Counted from the first letter of the stretch, positions 40,094 to 53,715 are shown. The stretch is DNA of 64,000 bases from Octopus vulgaris (GCA_951406725.2 OX597815.1:121644001-121708000); one strand, 5' to 3'. Notes: generated by a model not told the origin, from the sequence alone. Made by a program: numbers and translations.

Positions 40094-40735
40094 TTGAGTC
40101 ATACCATAAATAATGCAGTTTTTTTTTATACTTCTTTTATTTTTCAAAATTAAGATAAGCAAATTTCTTTCTTAATCTTAAATATACTCACCTGCATTTC
40201 CTACAATGCTCTTCCATATATCTGGTAGATTTGCAAGGCCTCTCTTCCAAAATTCACATGTCCATGATGAAAAATACTCCTCCTGTATTGTTCTGACCTT
40301 GTCTACAGAATTCATGTTTTTCCCATCCAAATGATTTTGAAGACTTTGAATAAATGATAATCAGATGGGGCAATGACCGGCAAATATGGTAGTTGGGGCA
40401 TCATTTCCCATTCAAACTGCTCCAGCCTTTGGAATGTTATCCTTGCTGTATATGGCTGAGCATTATCCTGATGGAAGAACACTTTTTGTCTTGAAACCAA
40501 AGATGGTCGTTTCTCTTCTAGCTGCTCACAGTGGATCTCCTTTATTATTGTTTGTGTTGGATTTAAAAGTTCAAAGTGGACTAAACCTTTCATATCCCAC
40601 CACACAGATAGCAACACCTTACATGGGTGAAGACCATCTTTAGCCTGGAGTACCAGTGTTTCTCCTTTCCCTACCCACTATCTTCGATGCTTGACAGTTT
40701 CATAGAGAACCCATTTCTCATCACCAGTAACTATT
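40094..40735 (-). mobile_element. Partial mariner transposon (3' half)
   Basis: ORF 40617-40312 LSVWWD..HQDNAQPY..PVIAPSDYHLF; TIR-like ttgagtcataccataa after TA. Confidence 0.85.
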
Positions 40736-40974
40736 CAGTGCAGGTGCCACTTAAAAAGCATCCAGTCCACACTATAAAGTGGTTGGTATTCAGAGGGGCA
40801 TCCAGCTGTAAAAAACTTACCAAAACTGACCTCGCTTGTGCCATATAAAAAGCACTAAGTCCACTCTGCTGAATGGTTGATGTTACAGAAGTATGATGCT
40901 GGTTCCTGCCTGGCCAGTTCCTGGCAAACCATCCCACCCATGCCAGGATGGAAGGTAGACATTAAACGATGATT

Positions 40975-41080
40975 GGTATATATATATACATGCATACATA
41001 TATAAGTATGGATGTATATATATATATACATCCATACTTATATATGTACATGCATACATATATATATATATGCATATATA

Positions 41081-41126
<46 letters not shown>

Positions 41127-41305
41127 TATGTATATGTATACATACATATATAAATACATACGTACATATATATATTTATATATATATATCGCCTTGACTG
41201 GCTCCTGTGCCGGTAGCACATAAAACGCACCACCCGATCATGTATGTGTATTTATATATACACATGTATATATATGCTCACACACATATACGTATGTATA
41301 TATGT

Positions 41306-41351
<46 letters not shown>

Positions 41352-41415
41352 GTGTATATGTATAAATATACATATATATATATCACATGTATATATATAC
41401 ATACACACACATATA
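40975..41415. repeat. Compound (TA)n/(CA)n/(TATG)n microsatellite. Similar tracts at 13515-13555, 15255-15415, 31345-31490, 48140-48245, 48535-48660, 49515-49720
   Basis: Directly visible; these tracts generate the YIYIYI ORFs in the ORF track. Confidence 0.95.
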
Positions 41416-41524
41416 CTTTTTATCAGTTTCCTTTGAAAGCTGTGGCCATGCTGGGGCATCACCGTTTTGCTACACTGTTACTGAGAACTTCCTCTGATAT
41501 GTGGTATTTAGTGTATATGGGAGT

Positions 41525-41865
41525 TTGATGTCACTACCCTCATTTGCACCTCCTGTCACAAGGCAGGTTCATCTGAGACTCTCGACTGGAAGAGATCCAG
41601 TTTTGATTTGAAAACAGCTATGTCCACCTTGTGTAGGTCCCTCAGGCTCTTTGGGAGAATATCAAAAACTTCTGTGCCCCTGAAACCCAGGCTGTTGCAG
41701 TAATAAGTTCTGAAGGGCGATGGCATTGCTGGTATGTTTGGCACTGTGCAGTGGTGACCTGCTCTGACATTTGTGTAGCTTTCAATGCCAAAATTTGGCA
41801 CAATCCCTTCCAGGATCTTCCAGATATATATTACTGCATATCTCTCCCACCTTCACTCCAGTGAG
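41525..41865 (-). mobile_element. CR1/L2-like LINE 3' fragment
   Basis: SLE*RWERYAVIYIWKILEGIVPNFG..FKSKLDLF..VSDEP is a typical LINE ORF2 C-terminus. Confidence 0.7.
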
Positions 41866-41871
41866 TCTTGA

Positions 41872-41914
<43 letters not shown>

Positions 41915-42236
41915 TGCAAACAACATGAACTGCATAAACAAACGAGTTAAATACATAAACAAGGGGAAAAAATGGAAAACAGAACAATACAGAGAAAGGA
42001 CCCTTCATCAGTTGTCAGCTGTCTATCTACTCCTCATTTCGAGCATTCAGTGACAACATGAGTCTTCAAAGACAGTTGCTCTCATAAATTCTAAAATAAT
42101 ATTTAGGATTTATGGAGGGTCAAAGTTGGTATCAAAAACATGACAGTGGAAACATACAAGGAAACCGAATGAAAATAAACATGGAGGTTATTAGATCAGA
42201 ACGAAAGGAAAATAGTGAATGCTGGGAGAGAAACAT

Positions 42237-42267
<31 letters not shown>

Positions 42268-42753
42268 GTATATATACACGCAAGCATATATATATATAAT
42301 TCAAAAATGGAAAAACAAAACAGTAAATTGAACAATTATAAATACATATTTAATATCCCTTAAGTGTATTTTACTCATAGCTAAACTGTTTTATATATAT
42401 ATATTTATATATACACACCATGGCCAAAACCTGTATAAGTATATATATATATATATATAATCCAGTACAAGGAAACAAGCTTCTCTTACAGGGTACTTAT
42501 GTGCATGCATGTCTTTGACAACTGGTATTGTTTTGTGTTCCCATAACTTAGTAGTTTTGCAGAAGAGATCCTTAGAATGAGTGCCAGACTTAAGAGAGAA
42601 AAAGGACTGTGTTTGATAGGCTTGACTAAGCGCTTTAACCCTTTAGCATTTAAACTGGCTAGATCTGGCCTCTTGCAGCAGCCCTATAATATTATTCTAA
42701 AAATATACTATCACATCTTTGAAATCTCAAAGCTATGAGATAGTTCATGATTA

Positions 42754-43092
42754 TCATATTTGATGGCTTTTAAGACACATGTTTTTTACCCAAAAATGGC
42801 TTTAAAAATTCCTCTGCATCCAAGGCACTCAATGTAGGCTCAAAGCTCACTCAAAACACTATGTATGTTTACAAAACATGTGCTGCCATTTATTGGTGAA
42901 CAATCGCCTACGGTATGTTTATATCGAATGTGGATGCAATAAATTGCTTATAATTACCAGTAATAACATAAAGTTATACAAGTAAGTGGAGGAATTAAAA
43001 CATTATTTTAGCAGTAATTTATTTTACAAAAGTATAGCCTTGGCTAGGGTGCATCCTATGCACTTGTACATCTTATAGGCCATCAAATATGG
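42754..43092. mobile_element. Tc2-like MITE nested in a piggyBac-like MITE, itself nested in a family A SINE
   Basis: TIRs tcatatttgatggc / gccatcaaatatgg with TA flanks; host MITE sequence continues on both sides. Confidence 0.72.
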
Positions 43093-46000
43093 TAATTCAA
43101 AACAATTTCAAGAACTAAGTATCACATTAAACAGAGTAACTTGAATACTATAAGGTCGAGGAAGTGCTCCAGCATGAGTGCAGTCCAGTGAAGGAAACAA
43201 GAATAAAAAAATATATATAATCTTAGTAATTTAGAAGCCTATATAAATTTTAAAGGTATATTTTGATTTTCTTGATCGAAAATAATACTTTCTTAGTTAT
43301 TGATTTAACTCTACAATACCTCTTAACACATTTTATAGTTTATGTTGTAAAAGCTGCTTCTCTAAAAATTATTCAGTATATTTGCTTTTTTTTTAAATTA
43401 CTTCAAAAAATAAGTAAAGTTGGAAATATCAGCTTTATCAGACTACTTTACATCTTGAAAAAATAATATTTTGCAAATTCTAACTATTGAAATTGCTTTA
43501 AAAGAAAAGTACTATTTTAAAATTTGAAGTCTGCATAGGAAATACATTCTTTTTTTTTTTTTTTGACATTAAGGTGACAAGCTGGCAGAAGTGTTAGCAT
43601 GCCAGGCAAAATGCTTCTTAGCATTACGTTTAGAATTCAAATGCCACCAAGCTCAACTTTGCCTTTCATCCTTTTGGGTTCGTAAAATAAGTACCAATCA
43701 ACTTACCCCCCTCCCCTGACATTGCTGGTCTTGTGCCAGAAATTTGAAACCAATAATTTTGGGACATTGCTCACATAATTCTTGGGTTCTCTTATCAAAA
43801 GTTAATGTGAATAAATAAAGAATAATGTGGCTAAAGTGGATTTTGAAAAGTTGAAGATTAGTATATCACAGGACCATGTGAAAGAATTTCCAAGGCACAA
43901 ATTAAAATTAAAGGGGGAAAAAATGGATAAGGTAACTGATATGTTAAGAATATAATATAGATCATAAAGGATATGGTAAAAATCAGTGTATTCAAAGAAG
44001 GGCATTGAAAGAAAATCAACTTATTACCTTAAGTGTAGGCATGGTATTGTGGTTAAGGAGCTCACTTTGCAACCAGGGCAAGGGTCTTCTACTCTAACAA
44101 ATTTGGTAGATGGAATCTGTGTAGAAACCTGCCTTGTGTGTTTGTCTTTGTAATTGTGTTTATTTCGGTATTAGTTTGATTACATCCCCCATAATTTAGA
44201 AGTTCAGCAAAAGAGATTGATAAAATAGATACCTAACTTAAGAAATAAGTACTGGGGTCAGTTTGTTTGACTAAACACTTCAAAGCAATGCCCTAGCAGG
44301 ACCGCAGTGTCATGGCTGGAACATGTAAAAAGAAGAGATGATGCCGAATCCAAAATGTTTCTTGTTTTATGTACTTTCTATGAAGCCTTGTGAGAGTTAT
44401 TCCAATTTCTTACAACAATTAAAATCTTTGGGGGATAGGTTATCATACATGAAAATAATTAGCAACTAGTATACAAAGAAAAATATATATAATGATCAGA
44501 AAATACTTGTCGGTTGTTTGTTGTTCATTTAACTATGTAGATAACCTTAATCCCTTCCTTTTGTGAGAATTACAGAATTCCTTGTACTACTATTAGAGCC
44601 AACAGTTCATTGTTGTATATTCTTTTCAATTGATTCATTATCGTATAAATTTTCCCTTTGATGAGGAACTATTCTTTAGTAGTGTTAGATAAAATGTGGC
44701 AGGTAAATTGATTCTTAACTTCATATCTTCTTACCCAGTGTGTGTTCTAGCAATTTAGTTAATTATTAAGGTATTATAGGCAAGATCAAAGAGAGCATTT
44801 ATATAGTTTTGTAAATCCAGATCATTTGTGATGGATTAATGTTGAGTCGTTAGTTTGGACAGTGGCTATATAATAAATTCCTTTTCGTTCAATATATGTA
44901 ACTAAAGAAAAATATAACACATTATGTCTTCAAGATGTATGAATATAGTTGTGCTGGATTACTGCATTGTAGAGAAACAAACTGGATTAGTATCTTAATA
45001 AAAATGCTGACTAGAGAAAACTGCTCAGGTTATCAGATAATTTTAGTTCTCTTTCAAAGAACGCAAGGAATGTAGAATAATGCACTCCAAGTAGTTTATG
45101 TATTGCTGATGATTCATAAAGAAATATAAAACTAATTTGCCACAGTTTCCAATGAATATCATGTATGTAGGAGTGATGAAGGATTGGTGGAAGAGCAGAC
45201 AACAGTTAATTAAATCCTCCTTTCGAACGCACAGCTACCTTGACTGATTGCATTTTCTTGTGTTCTGACAGCTTATATAGATTTCTCAACCTGTTAAGTA
45301 TGATTGCACATTATTAAGTAAACCGAAGTTCTGTGAATGAAATATTACAGTGTAGTTTTTAATGAATTTCTCTATGAAAGAATTTTTTTTTAAATTTTAA
45401 ATATCATTTACAGAACTGACGTATATATGTATATATTATATGTATTATTTACATATATATATATATGTAAATAGTACATATAATATGTAAATGCATATGT
45501 ATATATATATATATATAGACAGACAGATAGATATAGTTAGGCACAGATATATTTATATGTATTTACATACTATATATATATTTATTTTATTTACATATAT
45601 ATTTTACATCTTATTTACAGAATTGGTTTTTAATATTAGTTTTGTGTTTATTATTAAAAAATACAGTAGCATCTCAAAATTTAAACCCAAAGATTAGAGA
45701 GACAAAATTTATTGCTAAAATGTATCTGTTTTGTATAAACATTGAAAAAAATCATTCTAGAATTTCTGCTAATTGATTTTCTACTTTTTTCAAATTTTAG
45801 TTCCTCTGGAAAGCAAATGACACATGATTGATTATTAGATTAAGTAATCAAAATAAAATTAAAATTTTTTCACAGTCTTAAATTTCAAATTACTTAATGT
45901 TAGATTCTTTTTATAAAAATCTCTGTAATAAAAGTAAGTTAGGATAATGTTAGTGTACATTCATTAGAGGAAAAGGAAATTCTTGTTTTAGAGAGGCCTT

Positions 46001-47544
46001 TTCTTCAGAGATACAAAGATCTATTTAAGTGAACTCATTACTCTTTTATAGATCTAAGTACAGGCAAAGTTATGTGGCTAAGAAGTTTACTTATCAACCA
46101 CATGGTTTAGATTTCAATCCCATTGCATGGCACCTTGGGCAAGTATCAATTATTTTTCTAGATGAAAACTGAAAGAAGACTATTGTACATGAGTGTGTGT
46201 GTGTGTGTATTGTTTGTGTATGTTTGTTTCTGTCTTGACATTGCATGGTAGTTGATAATGAATGTCATTATCACACAAGTGGTATCCTTCATTTTTGAAT
46301 CTTTCATGAAAACATGTCCAGTCTTTGGGAGATATTATCTTGCTTAAAAACAAGTGAGTGTTGACAACCAGAAGGACAGACACATGTAAAACATCTGCCT
46401 CAACAAATTCCATCTGATCCATGCAAACATTGAAAAGTGGACATTAAAGCAGTGATGATGATAATGGTGTGGAGATCTACTAATTTCCTTTATCACACAT
46501 GTGTACACATATACATGTGCACATTCATTCTGCCTTAAAAATTACAAGTCTTGATGTTATTCTAACATTATCCATGCAATTAAGTTCAATGAATAGATTT
46601 TAACCACATAGTTCAGCTACATTTATTGTTTTAAACTCTTGTCATTAGAGTTAATATACAATATTGACTAGTATACAGTATTTCTCAAGCCTGACTAATC
46701 CTAACTAGCAAGGCAGCCCAATTGCTTGGTGAAGAAACACCAACTCACATCATGCTGACTTGTCATGTTAATTGCTCTGATGAGTTTCTGCTTCTAGGAA
46801 CCATTTATACTACTATTTTTTATCACTATTATTAATCTGTAAGAACTCATCAGACCTAACCAAGTAGTTGTGATGTATTAGAAAATTATTTCACTGCATA
46901 AATGTTTACACTAGAAATAAATATAAACAGAGTTATTGGATTATTATAAACTCTGAATATGTATAATCTGCGTGGAACAGTATTTTATTTTTAATTGATT
47001 TCTTAGTCCCTTGTGCTTAGAATTCAACTTCAGATAGATTTTGAGCCAAGCTATTTGATATCATTCAAATGCTGAAAGAAATTCATTATAATCTATTTTA
47101 TATTTATACCTTTTGCTGTTTTTCTCTATGTTACTTTAATTCTAAAGGATGCAGTGTGGCTAAATGGTTATAATGTTTGTTTCACAGTTACAAGGTTCCA
47201 AGTTCCATCCTGCGTCATTGTAATTTGGGCAGCTGTCTTTTACCATATCCTTTGGCAACCTAAGCCTTGTGAGTTAAACTGGTTAGATAGAAACTGTGCA
47301 GAAGCCTGTCAAATGGACTGTCTCTGTAATGTAAAGGGCTTGCCTAGTCATACACTGTGCCATGTTGATTTCCTCTGAGGTTTATGTTAAGGGTGCACAA
47401 TTCAATGGAATACTCAACTACATACATTTTAATTCCATGAGCTGGTAATTCAGTTCATTAGAAAACTTAGTAATCGTCATCTAAACTGATGGAGATCGAT
47501 CTGCTTTTTTTTTTCTTTAATAATTCTCTGCTATTTGTTTACAG

Positions 47545-47662
47545 GAATATAGTGGTCTCCGTACTCAAGACTTACAAGAAGTAAAAGATCAGCTGCTAGT
47601 TGAGACAGCTGATATGTTGAGTGTCCCACTCTTTACTGCTGAAGCTCTCCTTAGAAACCATG
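47545..47662 (+). CDS. ANKIB1: ANKIB1 exon [39 protein letters not shown](E)
   Basis: acag acceptor; gtacgt donor; 118 nt, phase 0/1; strongly conserved ANKIB1/Ariadne UBA-like segment. Confidence 0.93.
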
Positions 47663-48185
47663 GTACGTTCACGCTTTCTTTTTTTGTGGTGGTGGTGGTG
47701 GTGGAGACATTTTTTTTGTTACTACTTATATTTTACAGTTTTAATTTAAAAAATTTTTTTTTTCATCTCTTGTTTAAATCATGAAAGAAAATAATTTCTT
47801 TAAGACAATCTAGAAGTAGCTACTCAATTGTACACAGAAAAAAATAGTCATGTATTCATCGCAAAGTATACTGGACTCTAGAGCTGCACTAATGTTAAGC
47901 ACGTACATCATCCAATCTCACAATTCAAGTAGCTTTGTACTATTCTAGTGGCATGCTTTATGTTCTATTTTTCCTTACATGCATTCAGAAGGATTCCAGC
48001 ATTGCTGATTTTACAAACAGTGCTTACATATACTGTTTTATTTTTTTAATTCTTTTGTAGTCACTAGACTTACATAAAAGAAACATCTACATATCTTTGA
48101 ATATATATATATATACCAATGTCTATATCTATCTATCAATCTATCAGTCTCTCTCTCTCTCTCTCTCTATCTATATATATATATG

Positions 48186-48239
<54 letters not shown>

Positions 48240-48585
48240 CATACACACCACTGAACAGTTCTTAGAAAGGAGTTTTTACTGTTACTGCTATGAACACAAA
48301 ATGTTAAGTTGAGACTGAATAGCTAAAACAAAGATTTTTACATAAATTATCTTGGTAGAAAATAGTAATAGACTGGAGAATAAATGGTAGGATTAATTTA
48401 ATATAATAACTTTGTCAAAATACATTGAAGTGAATATATAGTCACTTATTGATTTAAATAGATACATTACACATGCACACACAAAACGTAGCTATATATC
48501 TTACTCTCTGATTCTCTTGTTTTCTCTCTGATATGTATAAGTATATATATATATATATATATATGCGTGTGTGTGTGTATGTATG

Positions 48586-48640
<55 letters not shown>

Positions 48641-49196
48641 GTGTGTGTGTGTGTGTATGTGTATTATGTCTTCTTGTCTTTGACATCATGTAAGTGTTGT
48701 AAATGAGTGTTACTGTCATGCAAGCAGTGTCGTTCCATACCATTCATCTGTAGGAATATAACTAGCCATGGGGAAATATTACCTTGTATGGAAACAAGGT
48801 GTCAAGATCATCCATCCTTAGAAAATGTGCCTCAATAAATTCCATGCCACCTATTCAAGTATGGGAAATTGTATGTTAAAATGATGGTAATGATGTTATA
48901 TATATATATATATATATCAAAGGATAAAAGGTCTTTCCCAAGCCAAAGGTGCATAAGGCCACTTTCCTAAATAAGTAAGGCCAATTTCCTAAATACTGTG
49001 GTGTTTAGCATATATCCCCAGTCTGTTGCAGGATTAATCTCATTTACCAGCTGAATTGACTGTAGCAATGTGAAATGAAAGGTTTTGCTCAAGAACATAA
49101 CACACCACTCATTCCAAGTATCGAGACCACAATCTTATGTACATGAGTGCCACATCTGAACCACTAAGCTATGCACCTACACACACACGGACTGAT

Positions 49197-49228
<32 letters not shown>

Positions 49229-49516
49229 TATATATATGTGTGTACAAACAGACAAGCTCAATAAGGGGAAAGATATATTGTTAATCCTCATTATTATATA
49301 TAAGATTTATGAGCCAGTTTGTTCATATTTTATTTCTTATTGTATGTTTGATTTTTCTTTTAGTGTTTTTTTCCTCAGTAAGAGACTTACATTGCAATCT
49401 TGAAATATTGTTTGTAGATTCTCATTTCCCCCTTTTGTGAATTACTCGTAAAGATTAATTAAAGTAAACTCTGATGAATTCAAATATCTATATCTTTCTA
49501 TTGATCTATCAGTCTT

Positions 49517-49576
<60 letters not shown>

Positions 49577-49726
49577 CATACATATATATATATATATATT
49601 TACATACATATATATATATATATATATTCACACACACATATTTATATATATACACACACACACACGCATATATATATATATATACACACACACCTATACA
49701 GATATATATATATATATATAAAAATA

Positions 49727-49904
49727 CAGTGTACATTTAAACACATTATATAGTCAGAAGCCGTGGTCCAGGAGATACATGGTAAATGTTTTTATTTTTC
49801 TTTCGCTTCGAAATTTATCCCTAATAGTGGTTTGGATTTTGGCTATTCCTTTTAGCATGCCCGGTATCCTAAGATGGACACCTTATGTGTTTAAATGTAC
49901 ACTG
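49727..49904. mobile_element. Tc1/mariner-type MITE (178 bp)
   Basis: Perfect TIR cagtgtacatttaaacacat / atgtgtttaaatgtacactg with TA flanks. Confidence 0.8.
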
Positions 49905-49959
49905 TATTTATATGAATAATATTTAGTCTATTGATTAATTTCTCTTCACGCTAAGAGAT

Positions 49960-52140
49960 AATGTCTGCTTTCTATGCTGGCATGGGTTGGATGATTTGAC
50001 TGAGGACTGGCAAGCCAGGCAGCTGCACCAGGCTCCAATCTGATCTGGCAAGATTTCTACAGCTGGATGCCCTTCCTAATGCCAACAACTCCAAGAGTAT
50101 AGTAGGTGCTTTTTATGTGCTACCAGCACGGGTGGCAGTTGGCAGCACTGGCATCAGCAACACTCAAATGATGCTTTTTACGTGTCACCAGCACAGGTAC
50201 CAGTCAGGCATCACTGGCATTGGCTACACTGGAATGGTGCTTTTTACATGTCACCGGCACGGATGCCTGTCAGGCAGCACTGGCATTGGCCACACTCAAA
50301 TGGTGCTTTATACATGCAAGCAGTATGGGTGCCAGTCAGGTGACATTGACGTTGGCCACAACTACAATTTCACTTGACTCAACAAGTCTTCTCAAGTATA
50401 GCAGAATGCCAGACAATTGAAGGGTACTTTTAAACGGGCCGGTTATATGACACTGGCATCAGCTATGGCTATGATCCCACTTGGCTTGCCGGGTTTTCTC
50501 AAGCACAGCATATCTCCAAAGGTCTTGGTCACTTGTCATTGCCTCTGTGAGGCCCAACATTCAAAGATCATGCTTCACCACCTCATCCCATGTCTTCCTT
50601 GGTCTACCTCTTCCACAGGTTCCTTCCATTGTTAGGGTGACACGTCTTCACACAGCTGTCCTCATCCATATGCAACACATGACCATACCAGCACAGTAGT
50701 CTCTCTTGCACACCATATCTGAGGTTTCTTATATCCAACTTTTCTCTCAATGCACTTACATTCTGTCATGTATGCACACTGACATTACACATCTAGCTTC
50801 ATTTCTTTCAAGCCTGCATACATCCTCAGCAGTTACAGTCTATGTCTTACTGCTGTTCACTCATATGCATCATACAGTCTACCTTTCACTCTAAGCAAGA
50901 GGCCCTTTGTTACCAGCAGAGGTAGGAGCTCTCTGAACTTTGCCCAGACTATTCTTATTCTAGCAGCTGCTTTCTCAGAGCATCCACCCCGCTACTGACT
51001 TGGTTACCTAGGTAACAGAAGCTATCAATTACTTCCAGTTTTTCCCACTGGCATTTGTTGGAATCTGTTTTCTGTACATCTTTGGTGTTTATTGCTGCTG
51101 TGCAACTGCCACACAAAAGACTATCTTCCCAGTTAACCTTCCTTTGATATTACTGCATCTCTTATGTGTCCATAGCTTAATCAAGTACATCTTATGGAGT
51201 TTCTACCTATGCTTTTTCTACAGATTGAGCAGGACCATTTTCCCAAAGGGATTTGAGATTTGCCTGCCTTCGTACTTATTAAGACTTTGGTTTTAGCTAG
51301 GTTGACTCTCAGCCATTTGATTCTAATCCTTGCTTCCACACCTGAAACTTTTCCTCTAATTCTGATAGTGACTCAGCAATTAGAGCAAAGTCATCAGCAT
51401 AGAGGAGCTCCCAGGGCCATCCTGTCTTGAATTCCTCCGTTATTGCCTGGAGGACTATGATAAGAGGGGGCTGAGGACTAGTCCTTGGTGGACCCCTACT
51501 CAGAATTCTTCACTGTACTCGTTGCCAACCCTCACCTTACTGACAGCATCCCTGTACATGGCTTGTACAGCTTTCACAAACCATTCATCTATCTCTAGTT
51601 TCCTCATTGACCACCAGATAAGGGATCGGGGGACCCTGTCAAAGGTTTCCTCCATGTCAATGAAAGCCAGGTACAGAGATTTATCTTTGGCTAGGTATTT
51701 CTCTTGCAGCTGTCTTACCAGAAATATAGCATCAGTGGTGCTTTTCCCTGGCACAAACCCAAACTGCATCTCATCTAGACTGACTCTCTCCTAATTAGTT
51801 TGGCTAGACCCTCTCCATGACCTTCATTACCTGATCCAACAACTTGATACCCCTGTAATTATTTATATCTAATGCATCATCTTTACCTCTGTAGCAGTTG
51901 ACTATGGTGCTGCTACACCAGTCATTGACTCCTTGTATCACCTGGTTAACCTGGTTAACTATACGGTCGACTAGGCTATAGCCAACATCACCTGATACTT
52001 TAAGCATCTCTGCGGTGATTCCTGATGGGCCAGGGGCTTTCCCTGTCTTCATACTCTTAATTGCTTTATCTACCTAGGTACTGTCAATTTGGATAGCTGG
52101 CACCTCTGTTGGGTTGACATTGGGCAGACTCTCTTTCTCG
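49960..52140 (-). mobile_element. 5'-truncated RTE-clade LINE with decayed reverse transcriptase and 3' UTR containing ~60-65-bp tandem units
   Basis: KAPGPSGITAEMLK, NYRGIKLL, QFGFVPGKSTTDAIF, AFID..FDRVP, VGVHQG and WELLYADD (YADD at 51390-51401); stops and frameshifts. Confidence 0.92.
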
Positions 52141-52293
52141 TTATTTTAAAATGAAACAATCACATCATAATGCGTCATTAATTCAAAACAGTGTGAATAA
52201 ATAAGCATTACAATTGAAACAATAATCTGAATGTTAAAGGTTTAAGTAACATGTCTTATTATTTATTTATTTATTTATTTATTTTCTCTTTAG

Positions 52294-52457
52294 AATGGTC
52301 CCGAGAAACTTTATTAGAAGCTTGGATGACTGATCCTTTCGCATGCTGTGAAAAATGCGGAGTAACTCCTCCACCAAGTCTGTACAGTGATCAGCCAATA
52401 CTTCCAGAAACTCTCAACAGTCCAACCACTTCCGAACCACCAGAGCAAGACGCTATT
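52294..52457 (+). CDS. ANKIB1: ANKIB1 exon (E)WSRETLLEAWMTDPFACCEKCGVTPPPSLYSDQPILPETLNSPTTSEPPEQDAI
   Basis: tttag acceptor in phase 1. Donor att|gtaaaa is weak but gives the phase 0 required by the next exon; 3' boundary less certain. Confidence 0.85.
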
Positions 52458-52511
52458 GTAAAATATTTTTCATATCTTAAAACATTTGATTTTTTATTAA
52501 CCTGAGTATTT

Positions 52512-52547
<36 letters not shown>

Positions 52548-53534
52548 GGTTTGTTTGTAGATTCTTATTTATATTAAGATGGCAGTAAAGGCATAATGTT
52601 TACTGAGAAAATCTGTAATTTTTACATCTTTCTTCAACCCCACTTCATGCACGCACACACACACACACAATTATTTTTCTTTAAGTAGCTATATAAAAAT
52701 TATTTAGAGAATTGGTTTGTTTGCTACCTGTCAAGATTTTTCTGAGTTTTACATCTAATAAAGTTTACATTCCTAATATTGTTAATAAGCAAGTAAACCA
52801 AGATTGAAAATAAGCTGCCCCCCTCCATCTTTTTCTTTCTCTCTTCTTACCATCCTCTCTCTTTTCTCTTTCCCTTCATATATGCATGACTGTGTGTGTG
52901 TGTGTGTGTGCATGGTGTGTACATATATTTACATACATACACATTCACATACACAGTGCAGTCTCTATATATGAACATAATCTGTTCCAGAGATTAACCA
53001 AATTATTCATTATGTGAGTTATTGAAATACATATAAATAAGGATAGTTCATTCCAGGCTACACTCAAACACCACATAAAGACCTGAAATGATGTTTTATT
53101 TGTCCATCCATCAATAGAAAATACATAAATGTAGATTTGTGTGTGTGTGTGTGTTTTAAGCGAAAAATAAGAGAAATATTATTTTCCATGAAAATTTTTG
53201 AGATGGCATGCATACATGGATGTTAATGAACTGTTTGTACATGCTCTTTCAGCCACTTATATGTGTATGTGTGAACCACTCTTGGTTTTTTGTTCAAATT
53301 TTAGCTGATTGAACATAATTTTCTTCAGAAAAGTGGTTTACATTACAATTTGTTTCCCCCAGCATTTATACACATGCAAAACCTACTCACAGTTTCTTAT
53401 TCAAATTCCAGCACAATATGCAAGTTTAATTTTCTTTAGAAAATTCATTCATTATTCAATTTGTTCATTTAGGGCATTTTTTATCTATAGACCCCTTTTG
53501 ATTAAGTGATTATATGTTGTTAACTTAATGTGAT

Positions 53535-53715
53535 AGTCCCATGAAAGGGAAGAATGCTACTGTTATTTAGCCCTAGGAAACACTGTTTCCTGTTGTACTT
53601 GACACATTTCCTGTGTCCTTATGTTTTCAAAGTGGAGACAAGTACCTCCACCCAGCAAAACCAGCATCCAGAGACTAGTTTCAGAGTCATTGCTCATCAT
53701 CAGTCCGGAGTAGCA
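53535..53715 (-). mobile_element. Non-coding hammerhead-bearing element, distant relative of 15818-16145
   Basis: Same order of parts in the sense (minus) strand: HHR, hairpin, hairpin, RGGGCTAAAT..ACAGTARCA; ends not defined. Confidence 0.65.
53667..53709 (-). ncRNA. Minimal type I hammerhead ribozyme motif
   Basis: uccgga-CUGAUGA-U-GAG-caauga-CUC-U-GAAA-CUAG-UC-ucugga: 6-bp helix I (one GU), palindromic ACUAGU helix III, GUC triplet. Confidence 0.75.

Noticed and set aside
41990-42070. CTGATGAAGGG (minus strand) with an upstream CGAAA as a permuted hammerhead
   Set aside because: Helices I and III cannot be formed between the two core strands, and no GAAA lies downstream.
46776-46854. 11-bp inverted repeat tctgatgagtt/aactcatcaga containing CTGATGA followed by a helix-II-like hairpin
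   Set aside because: No GAAA after the hairpin in either orientation; at most a relic.
50105-50365. CRISPR-like repeat array
   Set aside because: Eukaryotic context, degenerate tandem units without unique spacers, no cas genes; it is a LINE 3' UTR.
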